Source of the DNA: an uncultured Spirochaetota bacterium
GTDB lineage: Bacteria; Spirochaetota; Spirochaetia; SZUA-6; Fen-1364
DNA: 64,000 bases
Assembly: GCA_963845535.1 (NCBI GenBank)
Contig: CAWJSK010000015.1
Span: 288,001-352,000, forward strand
Reading direction: 5' to 3'
The notes under the pieces: model-generated
What the model was told of the DNA's origin: nothing
Database searches by the model: none
Seen by the model: the letters and a program-made list of their open reading frames with translations, nothing else
Translations under genes and position numbers: made by a program
Part shown: positions 1 to 9,996 of the stretch, piece by piece
Layout: the number at the start of each line of letters is the position of its first letter
Numbering within the stretch: the first letter of the stretch is position 1

Positions 1-29
1 TACGCCGTTCCATCATTCCTTTAGTATTC

Positions 30-278
30 ATGAGCAACAGGAGGACACCACAATTGGCAAAGCAGGAAAGATTGTATTCAGCGGAGGAGGGAGCCTATGC
101 GACAAGATTGACTCTTAGCTCTTTCAGGGCAAAGGTCAGTACATTGGGCATCAAAGGGAAAAGGCAAGGGCAGAAGGTGTTCTATACACACAAGCAGCTA
201 GAGGATATTTACGCTGGTATTCCGGCCAGAGGAAAGAAAGCTCCGAAAAAGGCAAAGAGGCGAACCGCCACGACGTGA
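30..278 (+). CDS. Small basic protein, possibly excisionase/MerR-like HTH DNA-binding protein
   Basis: 82 aa; LYSAEEGA..T.L..SSFR..V..LGIKG...G.KVFYT..QL pattern resembles a winged HTH; Lys/Arg-rich tail. Confidence 0.4.
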   Translation: MSNRRTPQLAKQERLYSAEEGAYATRLTLSSFRAKVSTLGIKGKRQGQKVFYTHKQLEDIYAGIPARGKKAPKKAKRRTATT

Positions 279-351
279 CGGAAAGGTGAGGTTATTCCCA
301 AGGTTGCAGGACGCTCATCACACTATCGAGGATTGAGGTGGGTTTCCCGTT

Positions 352-1590
352 TTGCATCTTCAAGGATTCAAAGTGAAGCGCTATCCGTATGTCATCGTGG
401 GGGCCTCTATTGCAGGGCTGTCCGCAACGGGGGCCATTCGCTCTCGAGACTCCGCAGGGCCAATTCTTTTGATTCATGGAGAGAACCGTCTGCCGTACAA
501 GCGTACGCAGCTCTCCAAGCGGTTAGCTCGTGGCTTTTCCGGCGATGAGCTTGCTCTCTATCCTCAGGAATGGTATCCCGCGCGTAAGGTCGAGCTTCTT
601 CAGGGGATCCGCGGGGTCTTTGTCGAGCCCTGCTCAAGAGAGCTGTCTCTGAGCACCGGAGAGGTCATTGGGTACGAGTCTCTCTTGGTTGCTACTGGCG
701 CCGCACCGACCATCGTAAATATCCCCGGCTCTCAATATCTTTCCTTCTTGCGTTGGATCGAGCAAGCGGAGGCGATGGCTCACCGGCTAGGGGAGATGGG
801 AACGGCTGTTTCCATCGGATTTGGAGTCCAGGGCATAGAAATGGCCGATCAATTCAAGTCCGCGGGAATAGAAACGACGCTTATTGGATCTCAGGGCATG
901 CTCATGGCGGGTCATCTCGACCTTGAAGCTAGTCAACGCCTGGAAAATCGGATACGTGCGGCGGGAATACGCGTTCAGCGCTGGGGAAAAATCCTTGAGG
1001 TACAGCGGAGGACTCGTGGGTACCGAGTCATCGCGGAAGAAGGGGAAATAGACACCGAGATGGTAAGCGCTTCCGTAGGGGCCACCGCGATGACCGACCT
1101 GGCTGCATCTGCCAAGATTCCACTTCAAGATGACAAGCCTCACGGGATGAAAGTTGGGCCTGACATGCGGACGGGAGTCGAGGGCATCTACGCAGCAGGC
1201 GACTGCGCGGCACCTTTACCGGGCGCCTCTTGGGGGCTTTGGCATTCCGCGGAAGACGCTGGGATGACCGCGGGGATCAACATGGCAGGAGGAGATTCGC
1301 GGCCAGCACCGAAGCCGCGCAGGCTCAAGTGTGAAGCCTTCGGCGGGTATCTCTTTTCCTTGAACTATCGAAGTGTCTCCTCGGACGAGAAAGCGGAACC
1401 TCGGGTGCTCCGGAACACGCCAACACTGTATCTCAGGGTGTGGGTACACGAAGGCCGTAGCGTGGGTGCGGTGCTGGATGTGTATCCCAACCCAGGGCAA
1501 TTGCTGGTTAAATCGCTTGGAAAACATTTGGAAAGGCTGATCCTTGAGGGGGCAAGGGCGGAAGACATCCCTGAGGCTCTTGGAATATAG
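352..1590 (+). CDS. FAD/NAD(P)-dependent pyridine nucleotide oxidoreductase (rubredoxin/ferredoxin reductase-like)
   Basis: VIVGASIAG, PYKRTQLSK, LLVATGA, second dinucleotide motif IGFGVQGIEMA, TGVEGIYAAGDCA; exact start uncertain. Confidence 0.85.
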   Translation: MHLQGFKVKRYPYVIVGASIAGLSATGAIRSRDSAGPILLIHGENRLPYKRTQLSKRLARGFSGDELALYPQEWYPARKVELLQGIRGVFVEPCSRELSLSTGEVIGYESLLVATGAAPTIVNIPGSQYLSFLRWIEQAEAMAHRLGEMGTAVSIGFGVQGIEMADQFKSAGIETTLIGSQGMLMAGHLDLEASQRLENRIRAAGIRVQRWGKILEVQRRTRGYRVIAEEGEIDTEMVSASVGATAMTDLAASAKIPLQDDKPHGMKVGPDMRTGVEGIYAAGDCAAPLPGASWGLWHSAEDAGMTAGINMAGGDSRPAPKPRRLKCEAFGGYLFSLNYRSVSSDEKAEPRVLRNTPTLYLRVWVHEGRSVGAVLDVYPNPGQLLVKSLGKHLERLILEGARAEDIPEALGI

Positions 1591-1629
1591 CAAACCGCGG
1601 TTGAACACTTTTCCTTAGCGGTGCTCGTC

Positions 1630-2217
1630 TTAGACGTCACGCGCTTGTGTCGACGTCAGCCTTTTCGAAACGGTAATCGCCTTCGCAGTCACGCGTGAGT
1701 CCAGGGGCGCCCCGGACCCGGCGTTAGAGATCAGTATCTTTCCCACGATCTTCATTCCGCCGCCGGTGTGAAGGATCGTTTTCAACAACCTCGCGGGGCT
1801 TCCACCCCAAAGTCTGCTGAACGGCCAGGGAGATCCGGCCGAAACGACAATAGCCGCCCTTTTACCCCGAAGCTTAGGGGAGGGCCAGCCCTTGGCAAAT
1901 GATTCGAACAGGGTCACGTTCCGATCGAAGACGGCTTTCAGCGGCGCTGTCATGTTGTTCCAATACACGGGCGTGCCGACGACAAACGCCTCCGCGGAAG
2001 CGATCGCGGCGCGAACCCGCTGCGCGTCGTCGGAGGGGAGTACACATACTCCGTCCGGTCTGCACCTCATGCATCCCATGCATGGCTTGACCTTCAGGTC
2101 ATACGCATCGAACCATTCCACCTGCCCCGCTTCGGAAAGCTTCTCTTTCATAATGGCGAGGAAAGCGGCCGTGCTGCCATTCTTCCGCGGGCTTCCGTTC
2201 AATATGACAGTCTTCAT
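1630..2217 (-). CDS. Flavodoxin-fold iron-sulfur flavoprotein / NADPH-dependent FMN reductase family
   Basis: GSPRKNGST FMN loop, CxxCxxC..C cluster (CMGCMRC...C), GTPVYW. Confidence 0.9.
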   Translation of the reverse strand: MKTVILNGSPRKNGSTAAFLAIMKEKLSEAGQVEWFDAYDLKVKPCMGCMRCRPDGVCVLPSDDAQRVRAAIASAEAFVVGTPVYWNNMTAPLKAVFDRNVTLFESFAKGWPSPKLRGKRAAIVVSAGSPWPFSRLWGGSPARLLKTILHTGGGMKIVGKILISNAGSGAPLDSRVTAKAITVSKRLTSTQARDV

Positions 2218-2246
2218 TCATGCTCCTTTCACGCCAACGTTTCCGG

Positions 2247-3065
2247 TCAAAGGGCCAGGGTGATGCCGAGCTGTCCGCCCACAGAGAGCGTGTATTGGTT
2301 ATAGCGGTCAGCCAGGAACGTCCCAAGCATCAAAGCAGAATACAGCGAAAGCTTCTCTGTGAGTCTTTTCGTGAACACACCGACGCCTCCCACGCGGTGT
2401 GACACGTACCCCGATGCTGGAACGATCAGTACGTAGTCATTCAGGCCCACGCGGAGACCGGGGATGATCGTAACGAGACCGTAGAGTTGGTTCGAAAGTT
2501 CGTAGTCGCTCTTGCCGAGGGCGCAGTTGGCTATTCGCTCGAAGAAGTAGCCGTTGCCGTCACCGACATGGAAATACGTGGCGCTGAATGTGTCCAGCGC
2601 GGCGAACGATCCGAAGGCGACTTTGAGCGTGGGGGCGGCCACAAGCATGTATCCGGCCGCGTTGCTTTGCGTGAGACCCGACAGGGAAGCGTTGTCGAAT
2701 GCGGCAGCATAGCCCGGAAGGTCGACAAAGCCAAAGCCCAGGGCATTGAAGTATCCGGTGAATTGCGCGGTGAGGGCCAGGTCAAAGAACGCGATGGGCT
2801 CAACATCCACGAATACCCCTGCCAGCTCGTACGCCGGGGAAAGAGTATTGATGACACCAAAGTCGATCTTCGTGGATTCCCAGAGCATCCCCTCAGACTT
2901 TGTGAGGGGCACGCGATAAGAGAATTGAGTCACAAGCTGAACGCCGAGGGGAGCATTGGAGGCTTGGATGGCCTGGTCGAGGTAAAATCCGCCGACAGCC
3001 TTGTCTGCGAAAAGGCTCCACGCCACGACCACTGAAAGTACAAGGGCGAGTGTCGCTCTCTTCAT
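2247..3065 (-). CDS. Exported protein, probable outer-membrane beta-barrel
   Basis: Signal peptide, alternating amphipathic strands, C-terminal VGGQLGITLAL; start overlaps the upstream stop. Confidence 0.6.
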   Translation of the reverse strand: MKRATLALVLSVVVAWSLFADKAVGGFYLDQAIQASNAPLGVQLVTQFSYRVPLTKSEGMLWESTKIDFGVINTLSPAYELAGVFVDVEPIAFFDLALTAQFTGYFNALGFGFVDLPGYAAAFDNASLSGLTQSNAAGYMLVAAPTLKVAFGSFAALDTFSATYFHVGDGNGYFFERIANCALGKSDYELSNQLYGLVTIIPGLRVGLNDYVLIVPASGYVSHRVGGVGVFTKRLTEKLSLYSALMLGTFLADRYNQYTLSVGGQLGITLAL

Positions 3066-3842
3066 GGGTTTTGCCGCACAGTTACGGAGATATCGGCAAC
3101 GATTTCCAAGGCGGTTGTGATCCCGGAAAGGTCAGGATCAATCGAGCCATCCCTGCCGTCCGCTGCGCCATGACCCACGAGGGAAAGCTGATAGACGTGG
3201 ACTCCGGAATCCAGATCGATGTCCGCCGCATATACGAGCGACGGCTGTCCGCTCCCGCCAACCGGGCCGCCAGAGTACCCCGGCTCTCCTGGTTTCGCAG
3301 AAGCCGGGTAGCGGTCATTGAAATCCAATGACTGGTTGAGCTCGGCCAAAATCCGAAACTTCCTGAGGTCAGGCTTCTCCGCGAATGCCGCATCGACCCC
3401 CGCCTTCGAAGTGGCGCCGCTCACCGCGTCCGCCGCGGTGTCGGCCTTGGTCGGCATGAAGAGCCCGTCCGCGGATTTGATTCCTCTGATGATGGCTCCA
3501 GACGGGGAGAGACTCAGGGCGCCGAATTCCTCCCTCAGGGACTTTCTCTCCCGGAGAGGCGACCCACCCCTGTGTGGCGGCTTTGCGCGTAACGAAGATG
3601 GTGCTCACGTAAGCTCCGTTTTCATCTTCGATCCAGATCGCGTACTGCGGCGGAGTCTGGAAGGTAAAGCAAAGAAACAAGGGATGACTATGGAGCCATG
3701 CCTTTCCCGGTGTCACGGAGACCTCTATGGGTCCTGTTCCGACTTTCGCAGGGACCGCGGCGCAGCCCATCAGAGCTCCCAGCACCACGGCTGACAGCAG
3801 CGCGCGCCAGTACCGGCGTCTCGTTTTGGTTTGACTTCTCAT
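3062..3842 (-). pseudogene. DUF2271-like lipoprotein split by a 1-bp frameshift near 3488
   Basis: N-half has lipobox LMGC and PQYAIWIEDENGAYVSTIFVT...LPVWSH; C-half has DAVSGAT; removing one base joins them as WSHHRGIKSADGLFMPTK. Confidence 0.7.
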
Positions 3843-4498
3843 GTGCCCTTTCCTTTCGTTGCTACGATTGACCGCAGGATGTGTTGAAACATCGCATCCA
3901 CGAGAGTTTTCGAGTCGATTCGGCGATACTCACGGAGGTAGGCCGTCTTCTTGTCCAGGAGAACGTTCAACCCAAGGAGCTCTGCCCAAAGCACCAACAT
4001 CGTCTCCTCGGGGTCCAGGTCGCTGCGGAGGCTTCCGTCGCGGATCCCCTCACGAATCGTGCTGACAAGGAGGTCCGCAACCTTTTCTCCTTCCGCATAG
4101 CACTTGCGCGCAATGAGGTCGTCTTCAGCGAAGTCAGCATCCTGCGTCTCGTACATCATGATGGTTCGAAAATGGTCGAAATGCCGGTTTCGAAACTCGA
4201 CGTATGCTCGACCCACGGCGGCAAGACGTTCCGCCGCAGGTCCACCCGCCAAAGCGCTTGCGGTCTCCCGCAGCGTTGAGTTGAGCAGACAGAAGCCCCG
4301 ATGCGCGATGGCAAGGGTGAGCTGGTTCTTGCTGGTGAAGTACTTGTACAGCGTCCTTTTGCTGAAATCGGCCTCGCGGGCAACGTCGTCCATGGTTGCG
4401 CCATCGAAGCCTCGGGCAAAAAAGACCCGTTCGGCTGCGTCGATGATGTCATCTTCGCGAATTACCTTTTCCCGTTCTCTGCGTTCAGTAGCACCCAT
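3839..4498 (-). CDS. TetR/AcrR family transcriptional regulator
   Basis: IIDAAERVFFARGFDGATMDDVAREADFSKRTLYKYFTSK HTH. Confidence 0.95.
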   Translation of the reverse strand: MGATERREREKVIREDDIIDAAERVFFARGFDGATMDDVAREADFSKRTLYKYFTSKNQLTLAIAHRGFCLLNSTLRETASALAGGPAAERLAAVGRAYVEFRNRHFDHFRTIMMYETQDADFAEDDLIARKCYAEGEKVADLLVSTIREGIRDGSLRSDLDPEETMLVLWAELLGLNVLLDKKTAYLREYRRIDSKTLVDAMFQHILRSIVATKGKGT

Positions 4499-4514
4499 TA
4501 GCAACCTCTATTAG

Positions 4515-4531
4515 GTAAACCATTAGTTTAC
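4515..4531. promoter_or_regulatory. Candidate TetR operator palindrome GTAAAC-N5-GTTTAC
   Basis: Perfect 6-bp inverted repeat just upstream of the tetR start. Confidence 0.4.
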
Positions 4532-5159
4532 TTTGTGTCACCTTAGTATACTAATCATAGGTCTGTCAAGTGCTCTATTATTGCGGCGCAGGGGGAGAAC
4601 CAAGCAGGCGGAGAGTTCGAGGTTGCAAGCGTATTAAGTTCGTACGGGAGTTCCCTTTCAGAAGCTCTGGATGGAAGTGCTGTCTGCAGGCGGAAGTCTG
4701 CTACCCCTGTCTCAGGCGCTGCAGGTGCATCCCGAGATGAGGGAACATCACGGCGCGCCGGCCCCACCGATGGCAACCAAGGCGCCGGTGTCGCGTTCAA
4801 AGCTGATCCAGCCAAGGGCGCCGGTGTCGATATTTTCAACAACAATCCTCAGCCTTATGATCCCCTTGGCGCCATTCTCCTCTATGACTTTGGATAGATC
4901 AGTGGCGAGATCGAGGGGAACTTCTTTTTCAGTCAGCTTGGGAGAGAAGTACTTCATGAACTGGAAATCTTTTACAGACACGATCTGACTTCCAGACAGG
5001 GACTGCCCGCCGACATACAATGCGTTGGACGCGGATACAGGATAGCTCATGCTCATCGGAACCACGGGTATCGTTTGATTCATTGTTGCGCACACTCTTT
5101 CTCCCTTTGAGACCGGAGGAGTGAACGATAAAAAAAGCACATCGCAATCACTCTTTGCA

Positions 5160-5267
5160 GAGTTTCCTCGGAAGCACTGGCGCAAGATCCGAACGAACAA
5201 CGCGATGGAGCAGGTGATGCGAGAAATCCGTCGGCGCGCCCGCGCGGGCGGGTATTATCGTAGGTAA
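5160..5267 (+). mobile_element. IS256-family transposase C-terminal remnant
   Basis: Hand translation EFPRKHWRKIRTNNAMEQVMREIRRRAR matches the IS256 FP..HW..IRTTN..ER...EI.RR motif. Confidence 0.75.
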
Positions 5268-5392
5268 TACATCCTATTCCGAAATTCGACCTTTGTCCGC
5301 TTTTGGGGTGCTGACAGCTTGGAGTAGGCTGATTTTCATCCCCGGGCCTGGTTGGGTTTCGGCGCGGGGAAACTCATGAGAGGAGGCACTCA

Positions 5393-6643
5393 ATGCAGAA
5401 GCGGATTTTGTTCGTCTTCGTGGCTGTCGCCTGCTGTCTGTTGCTTGCCATGCCGGCGTTCAGTCAGAAGGTCAAGCTCACCGTCTGGGTCATCGATCTT
5501 CCCGACGATGAGCCGGCGCACGCCTATTCCAAGGCTTTGTCCACGGGATTCCAGGCCGCCAACCCGGACATCGAACTGGAATACGTCGCCCTGGGAAATG
5601 ATCCCCTCAAGGACAAGACGAAAGTCGCCATGGCCACCAACACCGGTCTTCCCGACATCTTCCAGACCTGGGGCGGATCCGTTATGGGAGGCTACGCTGA
5701 TGCCGGCAGGTTGCTGGATTTGACGTCGGATCTGAAGTCCATTCCCGGGAGCTCGGCGGCGGCGTCTGCCATGACCTGGAAGGGTAAGATCTACGGCGTG
5801 GCCCCGTTCTTCGCCATTGCGGGACTTTTTGTCAACGAAGGCGTCTTCAAAGACAACAACCTCAAGGTCCCCACGACAGTGGCCGACCTTGCGAAGGTTG
5901 CCGACGTCCTCATGGGAAAGGGAATCCAGCCCTTTGCCTGCGGCGCCAAGGACAAGTGGCCCACGCTGGCGTTGTACATGTACCTGACTGACCGCTACGG
6001 CGGGGACATCTTCACGCAGGCCGCAGCCAGGAAGGCCCGGTTCGACAGCGCTCCGTTCGTCAAGGCCGCCCAGCTGTACCAGGACTGGGTGAAGAAGGGC
6101 TACTTTGGCGCGCAGCCACTGGGTGAAGCCTACGGAGATGCGCAGCAGCTCATGGCAACCGGCAAGGCAGGCATGCAGGTCTCCGGCTCCTGGCTGTGCT
6201 CCAACTACTCCAGCAAGGACTTCACGGACCAGACCATCGGGTTCTACCAGTTCCCCATCATTACCGGCGGCAAGGGGCTTGCCTCTGACGTGATGGGCAT
6301 GACCGACATCGGCTACGCGGCAACCAAGGCTGGCGCGGCCAAGAAGGCCGCCATCGTGCGCTTCATGAAGTACGCGATGAGCACGGACGCGGCGCAGGCC
6401 GAGCCCGGACGCGTTACGTCGGTTCCGGGCGTAAAGCCTCCGTCCGTTTTGACGGAAATGGCTTCCGGCGTGTTCGGGAAGGCCAAGATGGTTCAGTTCT
6501 GGTGGGACCAGAACCTGCCTCCGGCGGTGACCACGCCGCTCAATGAGACCATCCAGACCTTCTTCCTGCCGGATACCGACGTCAAGGCTTCTCTCATCAA
6601 GTTCGAGCAGCTGGCGACGGACAACATGGGACCGGTCAAGTAA
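5393..6643 (+). CDS. Sugar ABC transporter substrate-binding protein (probably xylo-oligosaccharides)
   Basis: Signal peptide, PDIFQTWGG, GKAGMQVSGSW; GGAGG RBS; neighbours GH10/GH43. Confidence 0.9.
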   Translation: MQKRILFVFVAVACCLLLAMPAFSQKVKLTVWVIDLPDDEPAHAYSKALSTGFQAANPDIELEYVALGNDPLKDKTKVAMATNTGLPDIFQTWGGSVMGGYADAGRLLDLTSDLKSIPGSSAAASAMTWKGKIYGVAPFFAIAGLFVNEGVFKDNNLKVPTTVADLAKVADVLMGKGIQPFACGAKDKWPTLALYMYLTDRYGGDIFTQAAARKARFDSAPFVKAAQLYQDWVKKGYFGAQPLGEAYGDAQQLMATGKAGMQVSGSWLCSNYSSKDFTDQTIGFYQFPIITGGKGLASDVMGMTDIGYAATKAGAAKKAAIVRFMKYAMSTDAAQAEPGRVTSVPGVKPPSVLTEMASGVFGKAKMVQFWWDQNLPPAVTTPLNETIQTFFLPDTDVKASLIKFEQLATDNMGPVK

Positions 6644-6646
6644 GAA

Positions 6647-6696
6647 AAAGACCAATCGGCGGGTGACGGCGTATCACCGTCATCCGCCCGGTCTTT
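6647..6696 (+). terminator. GC-rich stem-loop between the binding-protein and permease genes (mRNA stabiliser or attenuator)
   Basis: GGCGGGTGACGG-N7-CCGTCATCCGCC inside AAAGACC...GGTCTTT. Confidence 0.55.
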
Positions 6697-6797
6697 GCTG
6701 GACGGGTCTTGCACAAAGCCGTCTTGACTCACCAGGCCCTTCTCACCAAAAAGAGACCAGGAAGAATGTCGCGCCAACGGAAAGAACGGAGGCAGGT

Positions 6798-7733
6798 ATG
6801 AGCGATCTTGCGCAGGCGATGGCGATTCCCACCACCAGGCGGCGCCGAAAACCGGACATGCGCCGCGGCGCGTTCGTCTTTCTCCTGCTCTTGCCGGCTG
6901 TCGCCGCGCTCCTAATCTTCATGTACTACCCCATCGAGGAGACGTTCCGACTTTCATTCATGAAGGCCACAGGTATGGGGGACGCCACGTACATCGGGCT
7001 TCAAAACTACATCCGACTGTTCCAGGACGAGCAGTTTCAGGCAGGCCTGCTGCACGTGTTCGCCTGGGCGTTCTTCAGCGTCATCATCCAGGTCCCGCTG
7101 GCGTTCCTGGTCGCGTTCTACCTTGTCGGCTACCGCAACCGGGTGACCAAGTCCCTCCGCGCCGTTTTCTACATGGCCAGCATCCTTCCCTCGGCGGTCA
7201 CGGCCATGATCGGACGGTTCGTATTCTCCCCACGGAACGGAATCATCTCGACGGTGGCCACGGCGCTGAAGCTGCCCATCATCTCCCGCATCGATTTTCT
7301 TGGGGATCCGAACGTTGCATTCTGGACCATCTTCATCGTGGCCACGTGGACATACACGGGATTCTACATCGTCTACCTGATGGCCCGCATCGAGCAGATC
7401 CCCATGGAAATCCGGGAAGCCGCGGAGATGGACGGCGCCACGGGGTGGCGGTTCGCGTGGCACATCGTCGTGCCCATCGTCAACTATCCCCTCCAGATCA
7501 TCTGCGTTCTGTGCATCGTGGGCAGCATGAAGGTGTTCGACCTTCCCTTCATGATCACCGCAGGCGGGCCGGGCAACGCCACCATGACGCTGGGAATCAT
7601 TCTCTACAACCAGGGCTTCGTGAACTGGCAGTATGGGACCGCCTCCGCCGTGGGCGTGATCATTCTGGTGTGCTCCCTGGTGTTCACCGTGGTGCAGTTT
7701 TCCCTTCAGAGAAGGGAGGGAGCAGAGTCATGA
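6798..7733 (+). CDS. Carbohydrate ABC transporter permease
   Basis: Multiple TM segments; EAA loop EAAEMDGA; start set at ATG after a GGAGG RBS. Confidence 0.93.
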   Translation: MSDLAQAMAIPTTRRRRKPDMRRGAFVFLLLLPAVAALLIFMYYPIEETFRLSFMKATGMGDATYIGLQNYIRLFQDEQFQAGLLHVFAWAFFSVIIQVPLAFLVAFYLVGYRNRVTKSLRAVFYMASILPSAVTAMIGRFVFSPRNGIISTVATALKLPIISRIDFLGDPNVAFWTIFIVATWTYTGFYIVYLMARIEQIPMEIREAAEMDGATGWRFAWHIVVPIVNYPLQIICVLCIVGSMKVFDLPFMITAGGPGNATMTLGIILYNQGFVNWQYGTASAVGVIILVCSLVFTVVQFSLQRREGAES

Positions 7734-8608
7734 GCAGCCCAAACCCAGGCATTCCCAGCCTCACCGAGTCCTATTCCGGTCGAACCAGCAGGATCCCCGA
7801 AATCGGCGTCACCGTGGTCCTGGTCCTTCTGGCGGCCCTTGTCATCCTGCCGCTCATCATTCCGTTCTTCTTTGTTTTCAAGACCCGGCTGGAGTTCAAC
7901 TACCACCCCTGGGCGCTGCCCAAGGCCATCCGGTGGGACAACTTCATCCTGGCCTGGCAGGGCATCCGGCTGGACCAGGGCATGTTCAATACTCTCAGAG
8001 TCTGCCTGGGCGCCATCGTCCTGACCGTCCCGATTTCCGCCATGGCTGGTTACATCTTTGCCCGGTATCGGAGCAAGGTCACCGAGATCGTTTTCTATTT
8101 CATCCTGGGGGGCTTTTTCGTTCCCGTCCAGATGGTGCTCATTCCCCTGGTGAAGATGAGCGCCGCAATCGGGATTGCCAACACATTGCCCGGCGTCTTC
8201 CTGCCCATGGCAGCCTTTGGCGTTTCGTTCTGGACCATGATCTACCGCTCCTTCTTCCGCGACCTGCCGGGAGAGCTTGCGGATGCTGCAAGGATCGACG
8301 GCTCCGGCCACACCGGGACGTTCTTTCGCATCATGCTGCCGCTGGCGCAGCCTGCCACCATCCTTGCCGTCATTCTGGTGTTCATCGGAGCATGGAGCGA
8401 CTACCTGCTCAGCCTGGTGATGCTGAACAACCCTGCCCTGTTCACCATGCAGCTTCGAACGTGGCAGTTCACGGGACAGTATGGGGTGGACCACATGCCG
8501 CGCTACGCGGCTGCTGCCATCCTTTCCGCGGCTCCGACGGTGATCCTCTACATCATCGGCCATCGGTGGGTGCTCCGCGGGACTCTTGCGGGAGCATTGA
8601 AGGGCTGA
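7730..8608 (+). CDS. Carbohydrate ABC transporter permease
   Basis: EAA-like loop DAARIDGS; ATGA overlap with the preceding permease. Confidence 0.93.
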   Translation: MSSPNPGIPSLTESYSGRTSRIPEIGVTVVLVLLAALVILPLIIPFFFVFKTRLEFNYHPWALPKAIRWDNFILAWQGIRLDQGMFNTLRVCLGAIVLTVPISAMAGYIFARYRSKVTEIVFYFILGGFFVPVQMVLIPLVKMSAAIGIANTLPGVFLPMAAFGVSFWTMIYRSFFRDLPGELADAARIDGSGHTGTFFRIMLPLAQPATILAVILVFIGAWSDYLLSLVMLNNPALFTMQLRTWQFTGQYGVDHMPRYAAAAILSAAPTVILYIIGHRWVLRGTLAGALKG

Positions 8609-8646
8609 ACAGCCGGCGGTGCGGCCTGCGGCCGCGAACCGCTACA

Positions 8647-9795
8647 CTACCACTGGGCAACTGCCCAGAATGCCGGCTTGGGTTTCTGGGACGTATCGAA
8701 CAGCAATGGCCAGTTTTTCCTGCCGGCCACGGGAAAAGAATCGAGCCAGGTGTGGTCATCCGCAATGCCCCAGAACGTCACCCCGGTCAACTTTCCCGGC
8801 TGACCCGCCCGGGAGGACCCAGGCGCTCCTGATTCGTCGCGAAAGACTTTGAAAAGAGCGTCGTACTGCGCTGCCTGCCTGCTTTCCAGGTCTGGAGGCA
8901 GCGCGGCCAGGGAAGAGGTATCTCCCCACCGGAACACGGAGAGATCCAGCTCCGTGATCTGGACGTCGACGCCCAGGGACTCGAAGCGCTCGATGGCATT
9001 CCGCACGGTCTGTGCATTAGGTTCAAAGATGGACCAGTGCCCCTGGATGCCCACTCCATCCACCAGGCCTTTCTCCTTCAGGGCCTTGACCAGCCTCACG
9101 GCTGCCTCCAGCTTGGCTCCGCTCTCGATGTTGTAATCGTTATAGAACAGCAAGGCGGAGGGGTCCGCCTGTCGCGCGAACTCGAAAGCCTTCTCGATAT
9201 AGTCCGGGATTCCGTCACCGTCTTCGTCTGCGCCCGCCGCAGCGAACCATGGGCTGTCCGTGCGCCAGCCGCCGTCGTCGGACAGCGCCTCGTTGACAAC
9301 GTCCCAGCAGTAGACCTGGCCCTTGTAGCGGGTGAGCAGGGTGGAGATGTGCTCCTGCATCCGGTCCAGGACAATAGCCCGGGTGGCTGGTCCTTTGTCT
9401 CCCACGAAAACCCACCGGGGAACCTGCTGGTGCCAGACCAGCGTATGCCCCCTCACGCGCATGCCATGCGCGCGGGCGAATGCCACGATGGCGTCCGCTC
9501 CATAGAAATTGTAGGATGAAGCAGCGTTGCCGCGCCGGGGATGGATGTGCTCCCATTTCATGTCATTCTCCGCGACAAGGCTGTTCACCTGTGTCACGAG
9601 AAGATCCTCCTGGGTGACAAGCGACTGCGGTTCGACAGCGGCGCCGATGGGAAAGTACGGCTGATACAGGGAGGCAAGCGACGGCACGACAGCTTCGCGG
9701 GACGCGCCGGAAGCCTCACTGCCTGATTGTGCGCCAAGGCGGGACGCACAGACGCAAAGCTCCACGAGCAGCGTGACGATGAGGGCTTTTCTCAT
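8647..9795 (-). CDS. Endo-1,4-beta-xylanase, GH10, exported
   Basis: ENDMKW, RGHTLVWH, WDVVNE (acid/base), YNDYN, GIQGH, ITELD (nucleophile); signal peptide from MRKALIV. Confidence 0.95.
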   Translation of the reverse strand: MRKALIVTLLVELCVCASRLGAQSGSEASGASREAVVPSLASLYQPYFPIGAAVEPQSLVTQEDLLVTQVNSLVAENDMKWEHIHPRRGNAASSYNFYGADAIVAFARAHGMRVRGHTLVWHQQVPRWVFVGDKGPATRAIVLDRMQEHISTLLTRYKGQVYCWDVVNEALSDDGGWRTDSPWFAAAGADEDGDGIPDYIEKAFEFARQADPSALLFYNDYNIESGAKLEAAVRLVKALKEKGLVDGVGIQGHWSIFEPNAQTVRNAIERFESLGVDVQITELDLSVFRWGDTSSLAALPPDLESRQAAQYDALFKVFRDESGAPGSSRAGQPGKLTGVTFWGIADDHTWLDSFPVAGRKNWPLLFDTSQKPKPAFWAVAQW

Positions 9796-9996
9796 CCGAT
9801 TACTATAGCCGCTTCCCTCCGGGAGATGAACCAGAAAAAACAACGCACTCTCCGTCGGATATCTGACGGAGAATCGGTGGCTGGCTCGGGACCCGAGCAT
9901 CGGTAATACCACCTATTGACGAATTCATATTTTAACCTCTTTCAGCCGTCCGCCGGTCCGTATACCGTGAGGGTCGTGACGCACGATCACGGGAAG

